From positions 3,059 through 67,058 of the forward strand of contig SVMF01000012.1 of the NCBI GenBank assembly GCA_015067565.1: 64,000 nt of DNA, written 5' to 3'. The notes under the pieces were generated by a model, which saw only the letters and a list, made by a program, of their open reading frames with translations, did not search any database and was not told the origin of the DNA. Each line of letters opens with the position of its first letter. The stretch's first letter is position 1. This DNA is from Oscillospiraceae bacterium (GTDB lineage: Bacteria > Bacillota > Clostridia > Oscillospirales > Oscillospiraceae). This document shows positions 51,101-56,595 of the stretch, one piece after another. Made by a program: the position numbers and the translations under genes.

Positions 51101-51180
51101 CCACCGATCTTGCGAAGATCGATCTTGTCAACGCACTTCTCGCCTACGGTGATTCCGTCGCTGCATATATGGCAGAATAA
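42118..51180 (+). CDS. Protein E: ~3020-aa secreted protein with DUF4886/SGNH-like head, fibro-slime (PA14-like) domain, CBM-like repeats and a divergent copy of the tail
   Basis: GGAGG RBS then MGKLNQ and a signal peptide; ILCIGNSFS...LYIGGCSL...WHMTWAY...RDGYHL; FIGDDDVYFFIN..LVLDIGGSH...YAERHTTGSN (~46020-46310); repeats ending YEIDWVYIGPD; cap and tail. Confidence 0.8.
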   Translation: MGKLNQLFSRLLSLLLLLSMVLGMIPFTVSTMSTKVSAAEPWDVDGDGTLSILCIGNSFSSDAMQYIPQIIDSLGITTIYLGNLYIGGCSLATHWTNANGDLAKYDYYTATNTSGSWGKKTSQKISTALKSRSWDYISMQQRSQDSGLASTYNSNLTNLVNYVKNNAPNAKLIWHMTWAYQGNSNHAGFSNYSNNQTTMYNGIVNAVKTKVVTNANINIIVPNGTAIQNARSSLIRDFLCRDGYHLNYNIGRYIAGLTFVKALGIDISNVTFKPANVPEIWQIIAKESATNAVSNPYAKTTSAHTNPANEPDHYKLLTVDYTHNAYWHSTKEGNYNTLYKPSSSEATYREFYGSNKRFTASTIPVGSVIILTSGYKYRPEAWVSNKIQTSREGATTVAHTAVTDEWWKNKDGTSFLYRAFNVSLSSGAQIASGLDIDNNILKIYVPKTDAVVTKTPEELYSYITNLPDPIPNNHRVTWTNVSDIPNISGKKYIVVSDASTTGNKYYAWDPITPRLFETWNAASVSVNSTSGTSRVYDAGENWGIKFTYDATFDYKQAGYTDSNVPAAQRWFSFKFEVPENELDSTKVYLTNEVNYSSSTGYASSLAANVWRLQNTAFYTSLPEHKNSSGTVKTTTTWSKRNARAHLYFNINSDRFNFIWWPQFRDEPVAIGDKTQRTSVRSQFNNPSTEDPYFYFDTSKEYANTTNNAVNYACFFLFEVENRGNPEELYDKLKEAQKYINVEYTYYPTQYTDFLKALGEVYDFYINNNGSGGTQAEFDAQETKLQNAMTALNAYNQIQYLGIPYNKRVYKDNLADYQNGKLEGTYFISRFYNGNKGRVHSFIDFNNLTSAGAYGIHRYREIGGQMNATDLTHAITLRYVKGTSEGYTMQLENRNFFRSSGTKFTTMGEPQTFYFGPSDYTGMTGGIQIDNVDGKRLFCEAQTSFKWYFATVGAEQENRGDFHLWQLSPTTLELYRALKFIQPYCNQTEAVNRYPADLYREFITFMSSAIKAYNDCNNNNYFSNATKKAELENIAKQVREWADKLTQTDQTLSYIDIPIEVFDFKADGMMFEHDNSGTNYYGLSASAASVSPALPGSSGTGLIEPQLVDGNPVYKQQTIDYVASAIMLDKGASNQPITNLINCGADYNETFRNKMKNITKGSWDLTLQKIGGKNGGDLAWSNVETAYDLAYYALTYIWREVPTTDANKLSDGDRYNIRVPEREIIRLYRTSNSGYYTFFSDNNTAYSGNRLYNTFPTIANPTALPQYADFMPVDGLGFETGGKNTDTGTNYANNGSIDKLATDNFHYSMHAYGSFVYYEDQELFFEFIGDDDVYFFINNTLVLDIGGSHSPLGGTVNLKDVTLADGTKLVDEQIYSFDMYYAERHTTGSNMKFSTNIKIVDTDTFTTKGQYIEISGDDDMVNKATGMGSEILDNGLVKVGDTIAYSFNVVNSHDVSATDLIFEDETLGTYISKNIISLTNEERTNIVTDITDIEVYYHTSEKVGESFVIDNTIPVVKTVDQIKAMIEEVNAANEIEPGNSLPEGSYRVTMTSEQDLMDLLGLGVPSNCQIVIYGFKRLFVEGDQNKTIKNELKMACSYLPWASGDTELNVRALTGTAGRILKVASLSGIPSAIKTECVIDYGKPLSIDCNGTITMADGVTINGFVGFTKNGYHGEFLKSKPADLANSIHTKNGRFDYRLGTVYYTLFNMLSEVESVYAVFSLSGCTITDTAGKARNYPYILAEINIVPATTVYYETDFDTIDFVGDNSAYTMIGLEGKQSPHAIIDFESNDTTTWSTYHTTATKADGVLKGSIIGDDPRLPMNTGSVNYTVASGDVVKLRMKIDKGTGSNVEVFFLTNKNTTYSGTYMTNPTSYTPDGEWSIVTLPINSNTVGTTISQIRIDPLVNYTTTGNYEIDWVYIGPDNDDTAWTGANKMTATLADGVLKGSVTGGDPFVRMTCASSTYNHTITSSDVVKMRIKSDASIGTGAQVFFLTDQNANPVGGIQADNTTYVPNGEWQIITLDINSSAVGRTMMGIRIDPTNTISTDSKTGNYEIDWVYIGPDIPDTDLFACTSTESSIFDTVTHVEDIAFVKFTDSETSFMAINGAVNPETGHFRGQFEEYEVEGIEAKLAHSDILLKNTDLSNYVLREGDILKLRMMVSENEVFEADSVYAEVYAGLDNEDFFEQETMLLSDDGDYYIYTISVPAEMAGRSISEVFIKLDATFIKPEDTTNSDEPSEPEDTPEPVAFEIDWIYVGPDKPLTISHEGVLYPDHWSEWTTDGTSEVSLQTMTKVDESETYGYDAVYADDSTYSNDSTLYVVGAGVPNLVYKTDENGAYVFDQAGKKIYVIDYESVLAYSQTSFTFTGTGFDIISRTGVNQGALRVVVCDMEGNVKKTASVINKGNSELYQIPVVSVEKLDYGTYTVHIFVNSSYTNTDYPVLNRGGEFYFDAVRIYNPINTKSTDADGAYAYSLYQAHGEADPSFTEIRNMLIGPEDVEGSFNAGGELAGVVYLDAKDAEGNDYEITIDNYNAVGPNNEVYLKNGNAIAFKLEVTGEIPTKISIGAKSVGTTPAALLTDVATKAPAVLPSGTATTIATSTEMYYSLNISEWLIEGDKSYAYVTVANTGDGLLSLTNIKLSYAAEPATNAKSIRFVFDAAMREALGMQAEHTYTYINNGENHTVGCAGCDFSETVDHTYVDGICVCGAVEIVEPSSVFVEGLKPIMAITVGADMSVAYTIPNELISQYDKFYLEVEKEYADKESVKITYNLEDLQAVPNFDTPVLYNALFKGINAKEMGDRITATLYGIGEDGTIYYGPTVADSIKDYLMRGLDLTTTTDAKKTMYVDMLNYGAVAQAYMGYNAQNPVNKDLAERHLAYATTTLPEANDLSDINGNGYELSANVQLLSRVTLTMTAILPEANVENMKYVISDALTDEVITELPVTIKNNIVCTGSFDNVGAKQMRRLLKITLFDGDIAISRSITWSIESYVAQTRTTTDLAKIDLVNALLAYGDSVAAYMAE

Positions 51181-51183
51181 CCT

Positions 51184-51222
51184 ACTCCCTACCACCGCAG
51201 AACCTCTGCGGTGGTAGGGAGT
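51184..51222. other. Perfect 17-bp stem-loop between E and F, without a U-tract
   Basis: ACTCCCTACCACCGCAG-AACCT-CTGCGGTGGTAGGGAGT. Confidence 0.75.
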
Positions 51223-51261
51223 CCGCCCCCCTGTAAATTATTTTGATCGTGAGGAATACAT

Positions 51262-54200
51262 ATGAAAAGAATTCTTTCACTTCTGTTGTTGGTTGCCCTT
51301 CTGATCACAACAATACTGCCCGGTGTCCAGACTGCGTATGCTGAGGAAGCTGTTCCTGTCAGGCCCACGAAAGCAGCCTCTTGGGATAATGACGGCGACG
51401 GAACGCTGTCGATCTTATGTATCGGCAACAGCTTCTCTGTCGATATGATGCAATATGTCTACAATATTGCAAAAAACCTCGGCATCAGCAAAATCCACCT
51501 CGGTAACCTCTATATCGGCGGCTGCACGCTGAACAAACACTACACCAATGCAAAAAACGACTCTGCCGCTTATACCTATTACACCAATACCAGCGGCTCA
51601 TGGACAACCACTTCCAGTTATAAGATGAGTAAAGCTTTGACCTCCAGAAGCTGGGACTTTGTTACCATGCAGCAGGCCAGCGGCGACAGCGGCACGGCAA
51701 GCACCTACAACTCTGACCTGACCAACCTGATCAGCTATGTCAAGGGCAAGCTCAATAGCTCCAGCACAAAGCTTGTTTGGCATATGACCTGGGCATATCA
51801 GGGCGGCTCGAGCAAGCTTTCCAATTCCGTCTACTCCAGTCAGACGGATATGTACGACAAGATCATCGCAGCTGTTAAGAGCAAGATTGTAAGCAACAGC
51901 AATTTTAAGATGATTATCCCCAACGGCACGGCGATTCAGAATGCCAGAACCTCTCTGATTAAGGACAACCTCACCAGAGACGGCTATCACCTGAACTATA
52001 ACTTCGGCCGTTACATCGCAGGATTGACCGTCGTCAAGACGCTCACCGGCTTGGATATTAGCAAGGTGACCTATAAACCCGGCAATGTCAACTATGCTCT
52101 GCAGCAAATCGCTATTGAGTCAGCCAATAATGCGGTTGCCTCTCCTTACGCTAAAACGACCTCCGCACACAGCAATGTTGCTACCAGTAAGCTCTACGCA
52201 AGACTCTATCCGAAGCTGACTGCAGGTGGTTACTGGAACTCCGCTAACACCACCTATAACAAAATCATTACCACAGCTTCAAACTCTCCGTATTTTCACT
52301 GCACTGAGCAATTTACAAAGGACACCTTGCCGATGGGCAGTGTCATTAAGGTCTCCAGCGGATATGAATACCGTCCGGATGGCTGGCTCACCGATGCGAA
52401 GCAGGATTCTGCGAACAGACCCGGTATTACGAGCAAATCCTACGCTGTTGCTCTGAACGAATGGTGGGGTGATTGGACAATCCGTGCCTTCAACATTTGC
52501 TCCACTACCGATAATAAGGATATTTCCAAAATGACCGCAGAGCAAATCCATGCGATCTTCCAGATATATGTTCCGATCGAGGATTTGAACACAAAATACT
52601 ACCAGCTCCGACTGAACATCACACCGCTGGCTTATTGGCACTCCTCCAATTCCACACATTACAATAAGCTCATTACCAGTAGTGATATCAACCAGAGATA
52701 TTTCGCTACGCAGCAAATTCCGAAGGCAAATATCCCCAACGGTTCCGTCATCAAGGTCAGCAGCAGTTGGCAGCATCGTCCCGAAGGTTGGGTAAGCAAT
52801 GCTGTGCAAGACAGCAGCACAAGACCTGCCGTTCGTACAGACCGTTCCATTTTGGTCAACAGCACATGGCATGGAAAATTCACGACTCGAGCTTTTAATG
52901 TTTCCAAGCAAGATAATTCCTCTCTGGAAGGTGTTGCACTGTCGACCTTACAGTCTGCGTTTAAGATCTACATCCCTGCATCGAGCCATTCACATACCTA
53001 TTCTACGACGGTAACAAAGGCTGCAACTTGCACGGAAACCGGCATAAAGACACATGCATGCACCGTCTGTGTTTACAGTTACACCGAGACGATCCCTATG
53101 GTTGCTCATACCGAGGTGACCGTCCCCGCCGTACTGCCCACTTGTACAGCCGTTGGCCTTAGCGAAGGCAAGAAGTGCTCTGTCTGTAATGCGGTTCTCG
53201 TTGCGCAGACCGAGTCCCCTGCTCTAGGCCATAACGAGGTTATCGACGATGCAATCGATGCCACCTGTACGGAACCCGGTCTGACCGAAGGCAAACATTG
53301 CTCTATCTGTAACGCGGTCATTGTTGCGCAGGAAGAGGTTGCCGCACTCGGCCATCGATATGACAGCGTGGTAACGGATCCGAACTGCACCGACAGTGGC
53401 TACACCACCTATACCTGCAGTGTCTGTAACGATACTCTCGTGGATAACCAAGTCGATGCACTCGGACACACGGAAGCCATCGACGAAGCTGTTGCGCCGA
53501 CCTGCACCGAAACCGGCCTGACCGAAGGCAAGCATTGTTCTGTCTGCAACGAGGTTCTTCTTGCACAGGAAGAAGTTGCCGCACTCGGCCACAGCTACAA
53601 TACCGTCGTAACGGCTCCCGATTGCACCAACGGTGGCTTCACTACCTATACCTGCAGCGTCTGTTTCGATAGCTATATTGCTGACGAAACCGAGGCCCTC
53701 GGCCATACCGAAGCAATCGATGAAGCTGTTGAGCCGACCTGCACCGAAACCGGTTTGACCGAAGGCAAGCATTGCTCCGTCTGTAACGAGGTGCTTCTTG
53801 CACAGGAAGTAATTCCTGCAGCAGATCACAGCTACGACGAAGGCAAGATCACAACCGAGCCGCTTTGCGGTTCTAACGGTGTCAAGACCTATACCTGCGT
53901 AAACTGCGGTCATGAAAAGAACGAAAGCATCGAAGGCACGATTCACACTGCAGAATATGTTGCAATGGTTGCACCGACCTGCACGGAAGACGGCCTCGAG
54001 GCTCATTACAAGTGCATCTATTGCAAAAAAACCTTCATTGATGAAACGTGCATCTATCCCCTCCCCGTTGAGCATATGGTAATCTCCGCAACTGGTCACG
54101 ACTACGACAAAAATGTTACCGCACCCACCTGCGAGGATAATGGTTATACAACCTATGTCTGCTTCTTCTGCAAAGACACTTATACTGCAGACGAGACGGA

Positions 54201-55287
54201 AGCAATCGGCCACAGCTATACCTATACCGACAATGGTGAGAAGCACACTGTCGGTTGCTCCAACTGCGACTATTCCGTCATCGAGGCACATACCTATGAA
54301 GACGGCAAGTGTATCTGCGGTGCGATCGAGGTTGTCGCGCCCAAGGAAATGTACGTCGAGAGCCTGAAGCCCAGCATGAGCATTGTCGTTGGTGCTGAAA
54401 TGAGCGTTGCATTCACTGTTCAGAATGCAATGGTATCTAACTATGAGAGCTTCTATCTCGTTGTCGAGAAGGAAATGATCGGCGGAGAGTCCAAGACTGT
54501 GATCTTCGGCTACGGCGAAGACCAGACGGCTTTGACCCCGATGCCCAATGCAGCAAATCCGTTCCTGCACAATGCAAGCTTCACCGGCCTGACCGCAAAG
54601 GAAATGGGCGATCAGATCCGTGCAACTCTGTACTGCGTGGATGCAGACGGCACGCTCTATTATGGCCCAACCCAGACAGACTCCATCAAGAGTTACCTGA
54701 TGAGAGGTCTTGACCTTGCAACCTCGACTCCCGAGAAGAAGACGATGTATGTCGATATGCTCCGCTACGGCGCAGTCGCACAGATCTACTTCGGCTACGA
54801 TACGGACAATCTGGTTACGGACGATCTGACGGAGGAGCACCTGAACTCCGCAACCACCGTGATCCCCGAGGCAGTCGATGGTTCCAAGGCAGAGGGCGGC
54901 CTCGGCACGCTGAACACCAGCGTCGTTCTGAAGGCAAGAGTCACCCTGACGCTGTCCCACCTGAAGCCCGGTGCAAACCTTGCAAACATGAAGTTCGTTG
55001 TCAAGGACGCACTCGATGGCACGGTCATCAAGGAGCTGCCTGCTTACAACCTCAACCCCGTCATGGTTGCTGCTGACTTCGACGATGTCGGCGCAAAGCA
55101 GATGAGAAGACTCATCACCGTCACTCTGTACGACGGCGACACTGCCATTACCGATACCGTGACCTGGAGCGTTGAGAGCTATGTTGCAAAGACTCGTGCA
55201 ACGAGCACCGATGCAGGCCAAATTGACCTCGTCAACGCAATGCTCACCTACGGTGACGCTGTTGCTGCCTACATGGCAACCCAATAA
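51262..55287 (+). CDS. Protein F: secreted DUF4886/SGNH-like protein with Cys/His stalk and conserved tail
   Basis: Signal peptide; head closely paralogous to E (GDGTLSILCIGNSFS...RDGYHLNYN.GRYIAGLT); two aromatic-rich modules; ten stalk repeats; cap and tail. Confidence 0.82.
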   Translation: MKRILSLLLLVALLITTILPGVQTAYAEEAVPVRPTKAASWDNDGDGTLSILCIGNSFSVDMMQYVYNIAKNLGISKIHLGNLYIGGCTLNKHYTNAKNDSAAYTYYTNTSGSWTTTSSYKMSKALTSRSWDFVTMQQASGDSGTASTYNSDLTNLISYVKGKLNSSSTKLVWHMTWAYQGGSSKLSNSVYSSQTDMYDKIIAAVKSKIVSNSNFKMIIPNGTAIQNARTSLIKDNLTRDGYHLNYNFGRYIAGLTVVKTLTGLDISKVTYKPGNVNYALQQIAIESANNAVASPYAKTTSAHSNVATSKLYARLYPKLTAGGYWNSANTTYNKIITTASNSPYFHCTEQFTKDTLPMGSVIKVSSGYEYRPDGWLTDAKQDSANRPGITSKSYAVALNEWWGDWTIRAFNICSTTDNKDISKMTAEQIHAIFQIYVPIEDLNTKYYQLRLNITPLAYWHSSNSTHYNKLITSSDINQRYFATQQIPKANIPNGSVIKVSSSWQHRPEGWVSNAVQDSSTRPAVRTDRSILVNSTWHGKFTTRAFNVSKQDNSSLEGVALSTLQSAFKIYIPASSHSHTYSTTVTKAATCTETGIKTHACTVCVYSYTETIPMVAHTEVTVPAVLPTCTAVGLSEGKKCSVCNAVLVAQTESPALGHNEVIDDAIDATCTEPGLTEGKHCSICNAVIVAQEEVAALGHRYDSVVTDPNCTDSGYTTYTCSVCNDTLVDNQVDALGHTEAIDEAVAPTCTETGLTEGKHCSVCNEVLLAQEEVAALGHSYNTVVTAPDCTNGGFTTYTCSVCFDSYIADETEALGHTEAIDEAVEPTCTETGLTEGKHCSVCNEVLLAQEVIPAADHSYDEGKITTEPLCGSNGVKTYTCVNCGHEKNESIEGTIHTAEYVAMVAPTCTEDGLEAHYKCIYCKKTFIDETCIYPLPVEHMVISATGHDYDKNVTAPTCEDNGYTTYVCFFCKDTYTADETEAIGHSYTYTDNGEKHTVGCSNCDYSVIEAHTYEDGKCICGAIEVVAPKEMYVESLKPSMSIVVGAEMSVAFTVQNAMVSNYESFYLVVEKEMIGGESKTVIFGYGEDQTALTPMPNAANPFLHNASFTGLTAKEMGDQIRATLYCVDADGTLYYGPTQTDSIKSYLMRGLDLATSTPEKKTMYVDMLRYGAVAQIYFGYDTDNLVTDDLTEEHLNSATTVIPEAVDGSKAEGGLGTLNTSVVLKARVTLTLSHLKPGANLANMKFVVKDALDGTVIKELPAYNLNPVMVAADFDDVGAKQMRRLITVTLYDGDTAITDTVTWSVESYVAKTRATSTDAGQIDLVNAMLTYGDAVAAYMATQ
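52987..54210 (+). repeat. Ten Cys/His stalk repeats in F, including alternating 41-aa and 38-aa subtypes
   Basis: [33 protein letters not shown] near-identical at ~53470 and ~53707. Confidence 0.9.
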
Positions 55288-56595
55288 AAACCGAAGAACC
55301 CGGGATAGGCCAGCCTATCCCGGGTTTTGCTGTAACGCACAATATTGTGGCGTGTTTATAGAGTCACGTTGTACTGTTCCCGTTTGCGGATACCACATCA
55401 CCATCTCATTATGAGGAGAGAACATGACCGAGAAATCTTGACTAGGGAAGAATACATATAAGCACACAGATTCCTCACCTTACACACAATGACATGCGAC
55501 CTTGCAAACCTGCTATCCACAGGGGGAAACAGTGGTCTCCCGGCGAACGGCCATAGCCGTTCCCTACAATGGTGCGTGTAAATACACATACGAAAACCCG
55601 GGACAGGTTTTAGCCTGTCCCGGGTCCGTTATTCTTATTACGTTGCCATGTAGGCAGCAACGGCATCACCATAGGTGAGCATTGCGTTGACAAGGTCGAT
55701 CTGGCCTGCGTCGGTGCTCGTTGCACGAGTCTTTGCAACATAGCTCTCAACGCTCCAGGTCACAGTGTCCGTGATGGCAGTGTCGCCGTCGTACAGCGTG
55801 ACGGTGATGAGTCTTCTCATCTGCTTTGCGCCGACATCGTCAAAGTCTGCTGCGATCATGACGGGGTTGAGGTTGTAAGCCGGCAGCTCCTTGATGACAG
55901 TGCCATCAAGTGCGTCCTTGACAATGAACTTCATGTTTGCAAGGTTTGCACCGGGCTTCAGATGGGACAGCGTCAGGGTGACTCTTGCCTTCAAAACGAC
56001 GCTGGTGTTCAGCGTGCCGAGGCCGCCCTCTGCCTTGGAGTTGTCAACTGCTTCCGGAGTCTCCATGGTAGCATAAGCCATGTGAGCTTCGGTCAGGTCA
56101 GCGTCAACCAGGTTCTCCGTGTCGTACTGGAAGTAGGTCTGAGCCACCGCGCCGTAGCGGAGCATATCGACATACATGGTCTTCTTTGCATCGGTGCTGG
56201 TTGCCAGATCCAGGCCTCTCATCAGGTAATCCTTGACAGAGTCGGTCTGCGTCGGGCCGTAGAAGATCTTGCCATCTGCATCCACGCAGTACAGAGTTGC
56301 ACGGATCTGATCGCCCATTTCCTTTGCGGTCAGGCCGGCGAAGCTTGCATTGTGCAGGAACGGATTTGCTGCATTGGGCATCGGGGTCAAAGCCGTCTGG
56401 CCTTCGCCGTAGCCGAAGGTCACGGTCTTGGACTCTGCGCCAACCATATCCTTCTCAACGACAAGATAGAAGCTCTCATAGTTGGAAACCAGAGCGTTCG
56501 GAACGGTGAATGCAACGCTCATCTCAGCACCGACAACAATGCTCATGGTCGGCTTCAGCGCCTCAACATATTCTTCAGTCGGCTCAACAACCTCA
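55170..56595 (-). repeat. Right arm of the ~1.4-kb inverted repeat (end of F + spacer + G tail)
   Basis: Reverse complement of ~13625-15050. Confidence 0.9.

Noticed and set aside
52987-54210. Regularly spaced DNA repeats that could be mistaken for a CRISPR array
   Set aside because: They are in-frame coding repeats of 114-123 bp with synonymous variation; no constant 25-45-bp repeat with unique spacers and no cas genes.
53224-55284. Long antisense ORFs (686 aa here; also 19440-20708, 60997-62283, 15478-16635, 27623-28786, 39773-41026)
   Set aside because: They lie exactly opposite well-supported genes, recur wherever the tail recurs, and lack RBS or motifs; they are shadow frames from codon bias.
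14160-55287. Diversity-generating retroelement or shufflon explanation for the near-identical tails
   Set aside because: No reverse transcriptase. Differences are mostly synonymous and not visibly adenine-specific, all copies are in full-length genes, and there are no short invertase sites or silent cassettes.
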